A stretch of DNA of 64,000 nucleotides from contig NW_024704743.1 of assembly GCF_018977255.1 (NCBI RefSeq), positions 107,014,001-107,078,000 of the forward strand, written 5' to 3'. Below the pieces are notes generated by a model, which was given only the letters and a program-made list of their open reading frames with translations, was not told the origin of the DNA and did no database searches. Origin of the DNA: Callorhinchus milii (Eukaryota). Shown here in pieces: positions 12,608-27,057 of the stretch (within the stretch, counting starts at the first letter, position 1; each line of letters starts with the position of its first letter). The position numbers were made by a program, and so were the translations under genes.

Positions 12608-12960
12608 TGGCTCAGTTGTTAGCACTCTTGCCTCTGAATCAGAAGGCTGTGGGTTCTAAGTCCAGGTTGGGGCTTTGCACTTACAGTCCAGGTTGACACT
12701 CAAATATAGTGCTGGGGTTGAGCTGCATTGTTGAAGGTGCTGTCCTCCAGATAAGACATTAAACTGAAGTCTCGTCTGCTTGTTCAGGCAGACATTAAGG
12801 ATCCTATGGTACTGTTTGAAAAGTGAAGGGAGCTTCTCCCAGTGTCTTGGCCAACAATCCACCCCAACTAAAGTTGGTCACTTACTTCATGCCTGTTTGT
12901 GGGCTAATGCTGTGCACATATTAGTTGCTGCGTTTCCCTACAGTCACTACACTTCACAGT
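12608..12960 (+). mobile_element. Ancient full-Deu-domain SINE (SacSINE1/AmnSINE1-like); relatives at ~120..800, 9230..9560, 16995..17665, 24945..25090 and 39590..39760
   Basis: GGCTCAGTTG.TAGCACTCTTGCCTCTGA.TCAGAAGG head, then GTCCTCCAGAT.AGAC.TTAAAC..GTCTGC.TGTTCAGG and GTTTGTGGG..TGCTGTGCAC. Family name is from memory. Confidence 0.7.
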
Positions 12961-14449
12961 GAAACATAATAACATTAATAATCCTTGCATTTGATATAGC
13001 GCCTTATCATGTCTTTGAGACGTCTCAAAGCACTTCACAGAATATACTGTAAAGTGATTTGACTACATTTTGTGGGCGAAACGTGGTAGCCAATTGCACA
13101 CAGCAGTGTCCCACAAATAGTCGTGGATTGAGTGAACAAGTTATTATTATTATTTTTTGTGGGATGCTTTGAGATATCCTTCTGATGTAAAAGGTCATAT
13201 CAAATGTGAGGCTTTTTTCATTGTTACAGTATATTTAAGAATGTTCGGTACTAATGTGTTTATTGATATAACTGATCGCAATTGGATACAACTTTCCCGA
13301 GTCACAAGAATTTTCATGAAGAAGCGAATGATCAATCACTTTTGACTCTAGAAATGACCAGCCAGTGTCTAATCACGATGAACTCCACCCTGGCTAAGTT
13401 AATTAAAAATTGGGGAGTCGCCATATAGATAAATCTGCCCATGCAAATTACATCATCAGCAATTTTGGAATGTGCTTATAGTGAAGAAGATTTCTTTCCA
13501 CAAATAATTAAATGACCGTATACAAACATTTTGGGGGAGTTGATGCCGTTCATAGAGTACGATGGAAGATTCTGCAATTAAGCAATGACCTGTTAGAACC
13601 TTTTAAGTATTTTACAAAGTTAAATACATGTTCATCTTCAATCTCATAACTCCTGTGACTGAATAGCTTTATTAAATATAATCCCTCTCTAACTTCCTAT
13701 TGCAGGACTATCCTCGTGCACTTAGACCTATCCTGTTCTTTACTGCTTTTGTTCCATTATGTTTCCACATACAATTCCATGTCATCTTGGAATCAGCATT
13801 CACTCTGCCACTCTCTAATGCACCATCAACCAGCTTTTGTTGTTGGAGCTTTCTTGCATTTGCACATATGTTGAATAATGAAACATGAAACAAGCGCAAT
13901 CTGAAGCCTTTAAAGTGATATTATCCAAAAAGGCTGTTAGATATGGCTGCATGGTTCTCACTTGGTGGTTCTTTTCTGCATTCAAAGTAACAAAGAATGG
14001 TGCTGTTTAAAATGGAGTAACCACTTTATGACATTCTGCTGCTACCATATCAGCGACTAAAACTGCTGCACAAAATGTAGTAACTTTACTTAAAAAAAAT
14101 TAAAAACTCAAAACTGCCCTCCTGTGATTTCACAATGGATGAATGCATCATGAGGTTTTGTGTTGAGATATACAGATTCTGATTTAATCCTGATCGTATC
14201 TCAGCCAGAGAGGTACAAATTAAGGAAGCAAAAATTGCACTCAGTATCCCTGGACTAAGGAGAGGGAAATAGGCCAGGGTTTCTTTTCCTGATAACTATC
14301 TAGTTTCATCGTCAAATATACAGTCAATTCATTTTATGGTATATTCTGTGAAGCGCTTTGAGACGTCTAGAAGATATGAAAAGCGCTATATCAAATGCAA
14401 GGATTATTATTTATTATTATAGTTACTTCCCATTCATGGTGCAAATGTG

Positions 14450-14665
14450 TAGAAATTAGAGGTTTTAACTCTACCTAGTCTTAGGCTGCGAGACTGTTTT
14501 ACCTCATAATGTGAGATCACACAGAATTGTGGAAAATTGTTCAATTAGGACTTGATTTGGGATCCGATTGCTTTTAAGAACTTTAAAAAAACAGCTTCCA
14601 AATTAAAGACTGACCATAAGAAAAAAATGGTCTTACAGGTTAAGACTGGGTGAAATTTCAGGCAT
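14450..14665. mobile_element. Degraded MITE-like DNA element; relatives at 4550..4710, 21090..21330 and 28190..28370
   Basis: Shared core GAATTTTCCACAA(A/T)TCTG and CTTCCAAATTAA(A)GACT; imperfect terminal inverted repeat (CCTAGTCTTA ... TAAGACTGGGTGAAATTTCAGGC). Confidence 0.55.
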
Positions 14666-15482
14666 AGAGTGAGGATTAGTTTTGGTTGTCAGTCTATGCC
14701 CATCCCCCCACTCCATACCCCACAATGTCAACTAACCTCATTGATACCCAATACCCAGTATTACAAGATGAGCAGGCTCCACCGTTGCTTGTAAAACTCG
14801 TGAAATCCCAGCTTGAAGCTTTACAAGAGAATTGGACATGGAGATGGAAAGCAGTTTGATGGGATGGGGTGGGCTTCAAAAACATGCTAGGGAAGCTTGG
14901 GATGGATAGAATGACTAAGCATAAGTATTGAGGGTTCCTCACATTGGCAAGTCCAAGTTCTCAGTCAATTGCCAGGGGGAAGTCCATCTGTGGACCAGAT
15001 ATGTCCCTACTTTGGAGGTGGGGGGTGGTTTGAATGGGTTGATGAGTTATATTTCTCCCAGCTGACAACCACAACAACAAATTACATTTGTATAGCGCCT
15101 TTCACATCGGGAGGACGTCCCAAGGTGCTGCTACAGATGTCCAGTGTCAAAGGCCCGGGACCAGGCAGCTGTCTTTACTGCCAGCTCTCTAACAGTGCAC
15201 AATGCAAGAGGAAAGCAAAAGAGAGGCCAAAAATAAATCAAGCAGAACTAAAGGAAATAATGACATTGCCTGCAGTTCAATATATAAAGTGTCTGTCCCT
15301 ACAGCAGGCACAACCCAGTGGTAAGGCAAGAATAATCATAGACCGATTCAGAGCTGGTCCTGAGCCTGTATCACCATGGAAACCAGCAATGATTGTGTCC
15401 CACAACATGGAAAGATTTACATTTATATTTTTAACATTTCTAGTTTATGTCTCATTTCAATTAGACTTATTTTAATCCAATT

Positions 15483-15855
15483 GGAGTCCTGTAGTTTAGT
15501 GGTTAGTGCACTCGCCTCGCAATCAAGAGGGCCTGGGTTCGATTCCCGGGCAGGATGAAACAAGTTTCCTTACTCCACACACCTCAGTTTACCTAGCAGT
15601 AAGTAGGAACCCGGATGTTAGTGGATTGGCAGATCGTTTTTCCAGGGGTAATAATTCCTTCAAAACAATAAATACATTTTATAAATCACTCAATCCATGA
15701 CTGTTTGTGGGACACTGCTGTGGCTCAATTGGCTGCCGCGTTTCATCCACAAAATACACAGTCAATTCACTTTACAGTATATTCTATGAACAGCTTTGAG
15801 ACGTCTCGAAGATGTAATAAGGCGCTATATCAAATGCAAGGATTATTATTATTAT
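15483..15855 (+). mobile_element. SINE, long subfamily
   Basis: Homologous to 2141..2505. Confidence 0.9.
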
Positions 15856-17234
15856 GGTATTAGGAACTATTGGATAGATAATCTCAGTGCATCACTCACT
15901 GCAATACTTGGCCTGCTTCATCAATTAAGTAGATTTCACAATTTCTTGGAATGACTATGGGACTTTAACACATGAAAGAGAATAATACAAACAATAATAA
16001 TGTAACTTAGCTAATGCCATGCCGGCTATATGCTGTAATATCCAATTGAGTCCAATATAGTTAATTCCAGGATGCATGGTAATAATTACAGCCATAGTGC
16101 TCATCGGTCAGAATGATATACAAAGATTGCCTTGATATAGATGCTTTAAATTTGCTCAGTGAGACTAATGGACACTGTCAATGAGCTACAGTAATCGTTG
16201 CAGCTTTCACAGCACCGGCTTCTATGTTACTATAGCAACAGAGAAGGCTGCCTGCATGTTAATTCTGCAGTCCTTACATTTAAGAGTCTAAGGGACTAGA
16301 ATTCTGTGCTGAAGTCCAAATCATTTAGATCCCGTTGCAAGGCTTCATGGCAGTTTGTCACCAAAGTTCTTACACTAGTAAGGTTCACGTCACCAAGTCC
16401 CCCTCTGGAGCACAATTCATACTGGGAGGAGAGTGTCACTGAGGCTATTGACTCTCAGCGATTTAATGGTCTGAATAATAATTGTTCCTAGAGTCACTGA
16501 TCCAGACTTCTCTCAATATTGCAATCTATTAGTGTTCATGTGGAGATGGTTGATATTGGAATGAATACATTGCATGTCCTATGTAAACATGCGGACTAAT
16601 AAAACTGGCATCGTAAGCCCTCTGACTCCAGAGACCTCTTTAAACTAACTGGCTTGTACAAAGAAGACCAGGGTGCCTAGTGCACTTGTTTACTGCATTT
16701 GCTTTTGTAGTTTTCAATCTGTTCCAGATCTGCTTTATTGTGAACATGTGTGGAGCAGAGAGGGCAGAAAATTGTTTTGACACGATGGGGTCTAAATTTG
16801 CAATGTTCCCAAACAGAATTTTGCATTAAATGCAAAATTTATTTGCAATTATGCTGTCTGTTTGAAAATTTCACCACAAACTTTGGAAACTGGGAGAAAC
16901 ATTTATTACCACAAATCTCATTCTCACAAGGAATGCATTATGAAATTGCAAAACCTTCACCTTTTGATATTGGAGTCAAAGGAAATCAATCTACAATCAA
17001 GGCTGGCACTCCAATGCAATGTTGGGATAGCACTGCATTATTAGAGGTACCATTCTTCAAATGAGACTAGACCATGGTCCAACCTGCCTGTTCAAGCGGA
17101 CTTTAAAGATCCCATAGCTATTGAAGAATACCTGAGTCGCTTGGGCAACAATCCCGGAGATTACAAAAAAAAAGGTAATTTACTTTATGACTGTTTGTGG
17201 GACATTGCTGTGTACACATTAGTTGCCACATCGT

Positions 17235-17553
17235 GGAGTCCTGTAGCTCAGTGGTTAGAACACTCGTTTTAAAGCGAGAGACCTGAGTTCAATTCCAGGC
17301 AGGGCGAAACCTTGGGCAAGTTTCCTTACTCCACACGCCCAATAATAATCCCTCCAAAACCAAAAACAATAATAAATTGGTCATTTTCAATCTACGACTG
17401 TTTGTGGGACATTGCTGTGCGCAATTGGCTGCCGCGTTCGCCCACAAATACACAGTCAATTCACTTTACAGTATATTCTGTGAAGCGCTTTGGGACGTCC
17501 TCCTGACGTGAAAAGCGCTATATCAAATGCAAGGATTATTATTATTATTATTA
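17235..17553 (+). mobile_element. SINE, short subfamily, nested in an older Deu-SINE (~16995..17665)
   Basis: Near-identical to 161..480; the older element continues on both sides. Confidence 0.9.
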
Positions 17554-18687
17554 TCTGCCTATAAATGCAGTTACTACACTTTATAGCAAATCCTGTGAAG
17601 TGCTTTGACACGTTTCGATGATGTGATAAGGTGCTATTTCAAATGCAAGAATTATAATTATTATTAGATAATTAGGAATCAATTTATTGTCAGGATGTTT
17701 CACGAAAGCTAACAGATATACACCATAAAGAAATAGACAATTTGCTCACATATTGCAATGATGTGTATTTTAAGTATTTTATTTTTGTTCAGTTAGAAGA
17801 TTCATCTCATGGCATATTTCTTTCTATTGTAGTTGTTGATCTCCAAAGTCAAATCCCAGCAGTTGGAAGAACATGTGAGCAAGTCCTAGCCTTCACTGCA
17901 GGATACGACACCTGAGGATTGACTAGCAGAATGTCCATATCCATGGAAACATATTTACCAGGTTCATAAATATGGTGTAGACAAGTCTCACCTCGGTATT
18001 TGTTTTGAAAAAAACTTTTTCTTAACCATGATTTTCTGCATCTTTCTAGCAGTGACCTTAGACAATTGTTTCTCCACACTGTAGCCCTTCGGTATCAGGT
18101 ATCCATATGATATCCTTCCATTGACAACATCGGAGAGGCCTTAACCTTTATTAACCTCAATCAACTCTCTGCACACCCCTCGTGAAGACCATCATTTTAT
18201 TTGTGAACGTAGGAAAAATGAAACAAAGGAACTTGTCTGGAACCACATAATAGTGCATTCTCACAAATGTGCTACAGATGTGAAAGGGGACACTCATTGC
18301 CTTATCCCTTCTGTACACACTTAACATTGCTTTACCTTTGACCTTGACAGGCTATTTCCAGCTTTTGTTTTCTTTTACTCTGAATTTTTTTCTCCCCCCC
18401 CCCCCACCCCCTTCTACTCTACTAAAGGCTCATTTCTGTTTGTTCTCCTGAGTACTGTTCCATGGGTACCAGATGTCTTTCAGTCCTTTACCCAAATGGC
18501 CATTATTCACATGTCAATCACTGACAGGAGCACCAGCTAGCTCTATGAATGTGGGGGCACTGGAGCTGAACCCAATGTTGATCCCATCTTTCTTTGTTTT
18601 ACGATGCCATTGGAAAAGCCTTTATGTCAATTTGTCCCTAATGGGATCTGTATATAATAATGCAGCCCACCTACTTCTTCATACTGT

Positions 18688-19038
18688 TAATAATAATAAT
18701 TCTTGCATTTGATAGAGCATCTTATCACATTGTTGAGGCATCTCAAAGTGCTTCACAGAATATATTGTACAGTGAATTGACTGTGTATTTTAAGGGAGAA
18801 ACGAGGCAGCCGATAGCAAAGAACATTGTCCCACAAACAGTTGTGGATTAAGGGACAATATTTTTTATTACCTCTTGAGCGATTATTACCCCTGGAAAGC
18901 AATCCACAAATCGACTAGCAACCGGGTTCCTACTTATTGCTAGGTAACAGAAGTGTGTGAAGTAAGGAAACTTGCCTAAGGTTTTGCCCCGGCAAAACTT
19001 GCGAGGCGAGCATTCTAATTACTACTCTACGGGACTCC
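18688..19038 (-). mobile_element. SINE, long subfamily
   Basis: Reverse-complement homology to 2141..2505. Confidence 0.85.
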
Positions 19039-21857
19039 ACAACTTCACGCTGCCTTATTAAGGGTTTTGAACTCATCTTTTCTTCAATTTAATTCCATTT
19101 CTTTTACTAATTTTTCCCACCCTGCATTACATTCGACCTCTGACAGAGAAGGCAAACAGGCAACATTGCCTTGTGCCTCAAATCTGTGTCCTATCTCTTC
19201 TTGGTGTACTGAGCTCAGCAGTAATGTATTGCATCACTAGATCATCTGTTAGCAGTGTAAGCCTCTCTCACAATACTGATCCATGCTCGTATGGATTAAT
19301 CAGCTCAGCCTCAGCAATCCCGGAGTGTTTTATTACAGAAATGAGAAGAGTAACTAAGTGTTCTTTCAGTTTAAACATAACTGGAGTTAACCTGTCAAAA
19401 TCGCACCTAAAACAACACAGATGTATGAATGCTTTGCTTACCATTAACGTATACAATGTCCAGAGCACAAACTCTTTCCCAAATCCCATCTGGTAGTCAC
19501 AAATCTGTCAGCTGGGCATTTTGTTTTGTGGGAACTTCCTCTTTCTGTGATTAATACCATTCCTCTTCAATCTGTGTCAAGGGAAGACCGTTCAGGCAAA
19601 AACTTTCTTGCGGTCCAATCTGAATCTGGGAAAGCAATACAGCTCAGCTCTTAATTTCACAAAAATTTCCTATCAAATCCTAATTGAAGTTTATTGCACA
19701 TTCTGAGCTCCTTGGCTGCGGCATTCATGGTAGCCTCTCAAGGGCTCCTCTTGGAGAATAGGACTGTGAGACTAGAGGGCACCTGGAAAGGTAGCACTGT
19801 ACAAACAGCGGTAAGAAGAAATACATCATTTTCACCATCTCATAAATTCAGAAAAGCACTATTTACACAACATGCTTAACCACAAGCCCATTTCAAGTGA
19901 TTCATTCACAAATTATATTTAAGGAAATTGTTTTTATTTACAAATAAAAATCAGGAGGGGAAAAGAGTTCAATTTTTTTTCTTTAAAAAATACAGAAGAA
20001 AATCGCAGGGGAAAAATTTAACACACAAAAAAAGATATTCAGTAAAAATCATGGGAGTGTACAGTGTAATGTGTGCACAAGCCTTTCAAGTGCATGCATT
20101 CGCATCGCATTTGTGCATTCTCTGAGCTGGCAGTGTGATGAGGAAGATTTTGAAATGTCCATCCAAAATTGCAGGCATTCAAAAAAACAATGAATTCAAT
20201 GTTTAAAAATGCAAATTTGGTGACAATTGTTTCTTACCAACAAAACAGTTTCATATTGGTGAAAATAGTTTTTTAAAAAAAACTTTAATGATCATTAATT
20301 ATATAGTGCACTGAAAATTGTTGATTAAATGGGTTGCTTGGACATCATGTGGACAGAGCAACAATGGTTTATAAAAATGTAAATGAACCTTCAGAATGAA
20401 TGTGACTGTCTCTCCTCTATAGCTGAACGATACTAGATGTACCATACTTTTTAAAGGGACTCAAGGAAACCAGTTTGAAAATGTTATACCCAGGGATAGA
20501 TTGCATCCACACCACATCCCAGTTGGAGAGCAAATGGGTTCTATCCTTGGGTAACATTTTCAAATTGGTCTCCTTGAATCCCTTTAAACAGTATGGTTGG
20601 TATACATACAGGGCCATTTAGCCATAGAGGAAACAACAACAACAACAATAACTTGCACATATATAGTGCTCTCTATGCAGGGTAGCGTCTCAGAGCGCTT
20701 AACAATGGCGGAGCCTGACTCCAAGCCGGGGGGAGGGGCAGTAAGCACAGTCAAACGGGAAAGTTTTCAGGGGGGACTTAAAAGAGGGCAAGGCAGAGGG
20801 ATTGAGGGAGAGTGTTCCAGAGTTTTGGAACACTCTCCCTCAATGAGACAGTCATATTCTGATATGCTCTGAGATGCACTCTAAATGTAATTATAAATCA
20901 AAGCTAATTTTCCCAAGAGTAGCTGGACGTGATGAATAATTCCACCACTGATGTGCAATGTTTTGTACTTTAAAATAAATTCCAGCAGCAAACCTCCCAA
21001 TTTATCTGTAAAGCTGTAATATTATTATGAGTCTATCTGGCTACAGCAGACACGTGAAAATCACTGAACTGAATGAGTAAAGAATGAATAAGGTCTAAAA
21101 TTCCACCCAGACTTAGATTGAACTCCTTTATTTTGTCTTATAATTTGAGATTGTGCAGACGGGGAACTACGGAAAGTTCAGTCTTAACTTTGACGACGGC
21201 TCTATTTAAGAATTACTGAAAACTGCCTTACGTTTTTAGACTGGATTGAAGAATTTTCCACAATTCTGCACAATGTTAAGTTTTAAGCCAAAATGACTTT
21301 ACAGGCCAAGAGTCAATGGAATTTTGAGCTTGCAATGAGCATTCCAACTAAAAATTTGTTTATCTCTGTATGTCTAGATGGTAATTATGTTCATCAGAGG
21401 TATTAGGAAGAGAAATAATTATGCATCACCACTTCCTGTTGTTATCTAGTGCAAATGCCTGTGGTAACTCCACAGGACACTTCATTTGAGGATTTCTTCT
21501 ATTGCCCTGACAGCTAAATGTTTTGGTCTGCGAGAAATCTTCCCCAGGGGCCAGCGGGGGACATTGAGAGGGTGGGAAAGGAAGAGCAGAATAATCCTGC
21601 CTAGAGAGTACATGCAAGACAAACACTACTCCTTCAGGCTTTTATTATAGATTTTATGGAAACACTGGAAGGTGAAATTCTATCTGTAGGAACACTACAC
21701 TATCTCCAGTATTGAGCTCTGGTACCCAAATAGAGTAATGTGCCAGAATATACTTCAAATCCAGATGTGAGGGCATTACAGTGTTGAGAAAGAAAAAAAA
21801 TGTTGTTAGGTTATGATGTAAACAAATATAAATGTTTCTTTGACATTAAAAAAATAT

Positions 21858-22565
21858 GAGTCCTGTAGCTCAGTGGTTAGAGCACTTGCTTTGCAAGTGA
21901 GAGACCTGAGTTCAATTCCAGGCAGGGCGAAACCTTGGGCAAGTTTCCTTACTCCACATGCCTAATAATAATCCCGCCAAAAAAACAAAACAATAATAAA
22001 TTGGTCATTTTCAATCTACGACTGTTCGTGGGCCATTGCTGTGCGCAATTGGCTGCCGCGTTCGCCCACAAATATACAGTCAATTTACTTTACAGTATAT
22101 TCTGTGAAGCGCTTTGGGACGTCTAGAAGACGTGAAAAGCACTATATCAAATGCAAGGATTATTATTATTATAAAATAGAGAAAATCAGTTCACTTACAT
22201 ATTGCATATTACAACCAGAAGTCCTGTAGCATCCCTAGGCTCAATTCCCGGGCAGGGAAAAACCTTAGGCAAGTTTCCTTACTCCACACACCTCTGTTTA
22301 CCTAGCAATAAGTAGGAATCCGGTTGTTAGTTGATTGGCAGAACACTTTTCCAGGGGAAATAATCCTTTCAAAAAATAATAATAATAATAAATGCGGCAC
22401 ACTCAATCCACGACTTTTTCTGGGACATTGCTGTGCACAATTCGCAGCTGTGTTTCGCCCTCAAAATATATAGTCAATTCATTTACATTATATTCTGTGA
22501 AGAGCTTTGAGATGTCTCGAAGATGTGATAAGGCGCTCTATTAAATGCAAGGATTATTATTATTA
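21858..22565 (+). mobile_element. Two tandem SINEs: short subfamily (21858..22172) and long subfamily with deleted head (22219..22565)
   Basis: Homology to the copies above. Confidence 0.88.
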
Positions 22566-23044
22566 CAAACAAATGCCTTAATGGAACAACCAACAGAAAT
22601 AGACAGCCATGCACGTACGGCAGCTACCAGTCAAATTTAGGGCAGGCGTTCATGCAGTGGCATAATTGACCTGAAAACACAAGTGCTGTATATAGAGAGG
22701 AAATGGTAGGATGCTTGCCTTAAAATGGCCGGCTGCAGATAATTTTCCCTGAACAGAAAGTGTGCTTTGCTCTGAGAGACATCACACACAAATTCATCAT
22801 AACCTCAACAAGAGCCAAAAAAAGACTTCTTTCAAAGCATGCTGGAAAACTGAAAAACAATGTACAAAATGGTGCCCTGGAATGATCAGCCACTTCACAT
22901 GGTGCTCGTGCTTTGATTGCTCTGGGCCATTAGTGGATCCAGAGTCATTCAACAATTCTTGGCCCAGATCTTTCCATTATATTTGTAACCCTTTCACTAA
23001 ATTATAACAATCTTGCATTTGATATAATGCCTTATCATGTTGTT

Positions 23045-23327
23045 GCATTCAGTATCTCTGCCCCCACACTCTGGAACTCTATCCCGCAATCCCTCCACCT
23101 CACCCCCTCTCTTGCCTTCTTCAAGTCCCATCTAAAGACCTTTCTCTTCAACCGTGCCTTCGGCCACCCTCCTACTCCACACCCCCTGATGTCCACTCCA
23201 CACCCCCTGCTGTCCACTCCTCCTGACCCCAACTCCCAGCTCAGGTCCAAAACTCCTTGACTGTCCAGGGCCCTGCGATGTCTTTCTGATGTGAAGGATG
23301 CTATACAAGTGTAATTTGTTGTTGTTG
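23045..23327 (+). mobile_element. L2 3' fragment nested in a reverse-strand SINE tail
   Basis: AFSISAPTLWNSIP..FKSHLKTFLF; (GTT)n end; SINE tail sequence resumes on both sides. Confidence 0.75.
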
Positions 23328-23354
23328 AAATGTCTCAAAGCACACGCCACAGGT

Positions 23355-23675
23355 GGAGTCCTGTAGCTCAGCGGTTAGAGCATTCGCTTTGCAAGTAAGA
23401 GACCTGAGTTCAATTCCAGGCAGGGCAAAACCTTGGGCAAGTTTCCTTACTCCACACACCTAATAATAATCCCTCCAAAACAAAAAACAATAATAAATTG
23501 GTCATTTTCAATCCATGATTGTTTGTGGGACATTGCTGTGTGCAATTGGCTGCCGCGTTCGCCCACATTCCTCCTCCCCCTGGCTCGGCATTGGGGTCCA
23601 CCATTGTTAAGCGCTCTGAGACGCCATCTGGCGTGGAGGGCGCTATATTATGCAAGTTGTTGTTGTTATTGTTTA
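23355..23675 (+). mobile_element. Chimeric SINE: short-subfamily head/body joined to an L2 3' tail of the second type
   Basis: SINE sequence to GTTCGCCCACA (~23567), then CCACCATTGTTAAGCGCTCTGAGACGCC..GGAGGGCGCTATA..(GTT)n. Confidence 0.85.
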
Positions 23676-26071
23676 ACGTCTTATCCAAGGGAATTCATCA
23701 GAATCAATGTTTTCACAGAGCTGTTGAACCTATTTGGTAATAAATGGTTTACTCTCTGAAGGTGAATGGTTAAGTAACATGGATAGTCAGACACAATCAA
23801 AAATAAAACATCAAGGATTAACTTTTCTGGTTGGAGTCAGTTTTCCTCTCTTTTGTGGAAAATGTGGATGTGTTTCAGAATTCTCGATTATCCACTTATT
23901 TACTTGCAAATGAATCTGGATCATTACTTTAGGGGATTTATCATGATAGTAGAATAAGAGAGTATAGATTTAGAGTTGTAAAAGGCAATTTCAAGATAGA
24001 TACCAGGAAAACTTTCTTTACTCAGATGGTAATCAATGTCTGGAACAGGTTGTAAGGAAAGGTGGTACAGGCCAGGACAATCATTGAAAAGCAGATTGAT
24101 GCAGTGATGGGGGAACTGTAGGGTGGGTGTTCTGAAGGGAAGAGATCAGATGGGCCAAAGGACTTTCTTCATTCAGACCAATCTTGTGATCTTGTGAAAT
24201 GACTTGTACCCCCTTAACAGGATAATTTCTTAATTGATGGGCCATCAGTTTAGATTGTGGGGTTTGGACCATTTAATAACAACAATAACTCTTACATTTG
24301 ATATATGCAAGTTGTTGTACCTTTCACATCAGGGGGACCTCACAAAGCACTTCACAGGATTCATTGCAAAGGGTATTGACTATATTTGTAAGCATTTGAA
24401 AACAACACTGCTTGAATGGCGTTTCTGAGCAGCTTGGGTTTCTAACTCATTTTCCTAAAAATGACTGTGAATTACTTTGTGCTTTGGGAGCCCTGTGGAA
24501 GTTCCTTCCAGTGTGGGAATGATGCTAGAAGAGGAGAAGGTAGTGGCAATAATTTGACATCTGGAGGATGATTTTACCCATGCCAAGAATTGCTAGAATG
24601 AGAATGGAATACTGTAAGATGACTAAAGAACATGGAGATTGAGATCACCCAGAGTTGTTGTGAGAGTGGTATGAAATCTAATAGCTGAGGATTTGCAAGC
24701 AAGTCATCTATAAGAACAGTCCTGCCAATAATTGTGGTACAGCTGCTTTACATTTCTGTGGCACTGGCTATATTCAAGAACCAACTGGGGACATCTGTGG
24801 TGTAAGACAGGACTGAGTATGTCAGTACAGTGCACTATAAAGAAAATACTGTTTGTTTCTAATTCGGAAAGAGCCAGGGATATCGGATGGGGCATTAGCA
24901 CTATGTCACACTACAGGTTCAGCTGGCAGAACTTTCCCCTTTAAGGTTTGGGTTCAAGCCCCATGTCAGAACTTTGACCTCAGTCTAGGTTGACACTTCA
25001 ATGCAATGCCAGGTGAGCATTGCATCATTAGAGTTACTGTCTTTCAGATGCAATGTTAAATCAAGGTCCTGTCTGCCTTTTCAGAGAATGTTTGGTCAGC
25101 CACTTGTCTGACACATTCGGAAACCCATTACCATGCTTAAGAGAATCCAAACTAGTTTGACAGTTCCACATACGTATGCCACCTACATATGGAAAGTTCC
25201 ATGTATCTCGAATGGAATGCACCCTCTTTCCCTGGAGAGATGCACCCTGCTTACCTAATTCCGGAGAGCATTATCGTGCAGGTTGTCAAGAGCCAAGGTT
25301 TGGGGAACTCAGAGTGTGCATTAGGGTAATGCTGGAGTTTAATCAGTTGAATGCACATAGCTGCCATTGAGAGCACTAACTGGCAAGCTTTCTGCTGCTT
25401 GTGCAGCTAGGACTACATTCTCCATTAGAGCTTTAGTTTGCTAGATTAATAGAGCTGTGTGGGCAGAAATCCTGCTCTTTGCCTGAATGTTAAAACATCT
25501 CATTGCACTCTTCAACAAGAGAATAGTTTCTCTCTATGTTCTGGTCAACAGCCCCAGAGATTTAAGTGCATTTGAGAAGTCAAGCAATTAGCTAGCTTCT
25601 TAGATTAGAATGGAACATGCATAGCAGAAGCAGTTTGTTTCTTTAAGAGGAAAATTTGACTTCGCTTTCATTTAACATTTTCCGGACTAACCTTAATCCC
25701 AATCTTAATAACCCTAACTTTAATCCTACACTTTGTCCTAACCCTAAACTTAACTGTAACCTTGTCAGATTCAGTAGATAGATTACATGCATTGGCATAA
25801 TTAACACATAGTTGGCATCTTCATACACAATGCAAATTCATTATTTAATTACAAAGTATTGTTTGTTGTGAAATTGAATAGCACTAGTCTCCTTTGGCTT
25901 AGGCTAATATTATGACAAGTTTTCACAAGAAACTGTTCGATCGTTTCATACTCTTATCAAACCTTATAAAACCATTCCCTTGTGTTTATCAATAGCTACA
26001 GGAGAAGAGGAGAGAACGTTAGAGTAGGAACAAGAGGGGGAAAATGCAGTTAATATATGATCCATAATTTG

Positions 26072-26450
26072 ATAATAATATTAATCCTTGCATTTGATAT
26101 AGCGCCTCATCACAACTACAAGATGTCTCAAAGCGCTTCACAGAATGTACTGTAAAATTAATTGACTGTATATTTGTCGGCAAAATGTGGCAGCCAATTG
26201 CACACAGCAGTGTCCCACAAACAGTCGTGGTTTGAGTGACCAAATTATGATTATTTATTTATTTTGTAAGGGTTTAATAAGCCCGGAAAGCGATCCACCA
26301 ATCGACTAACAACTGGGTTCCTACTTCCTGCTAGGTAAACAGAAGTGTGCAGAGTAAGGAAACTTGCCCAACGTTTTGCCCTGCCGGGAATCAAACCCAG
26401 GTCCTCTCGCTTGCAAGGCAAGTACTCTAACCGCTCAACTACAGGATTCC
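26072..26450 (-). mobile_element. SINE, long subfamily
   Basis: Reverse-complement homology. Confidence 0.88.
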
Positions 26451-27057
26451 TATTATGTTATCCAGTATCCAACCCATCTGAAGAGTAACCATGGAGACAC
26501 CATCTTATCCAGAATGGGTTCTGAGAGAAAGCCATGCCTCATGTAGAAACAATCTAGTGTGACAAACTGGAGTCATTCACTGTCGTGGCTTATGGCTCAG
26601 ATTGCTTGCCGCAGGATTTTCTTTGTGAATAAACTTGAAATTGACTCCAGAAATAATCAATGTAAGAATCCAATTGTGACATTTTCTTCAACTTAGATCA
26701 TTCATAAACTGGAACAAATTCTGTAAGAAGTTTCTGATTGAAAATGCATTCAAACCATTGACAGCTCCGAGCATTCAGATCACATCAAATCCAACATTTA
26801 ATTGGAAAGAGATGTAGTGATGTGCCTCATAAAATGTATTCAACAATGCCAGTCCACAAGCGAGGAAAGATCTCCACCAGACCAACTGTTGAATACTGAT
26901 AATATATGACCAAGGACTTGCATACACCCCACAACAACTTGCATGCATGTTGTGCCTTTCGTATAGAATATCTCAAACCACTTTACAGAGATGGAACACA
27001 AGTTACTTTTATATAGCGCTTTTATAAAGAGCTTCACTGTGCTGCATAGTCATTTAA

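Noticed and set aside
14969..15475. 168-aa ORF
   Set aside because: Starts at TTG, runs through an L2 tail fragment and shows no recognisable domain or splice structure.
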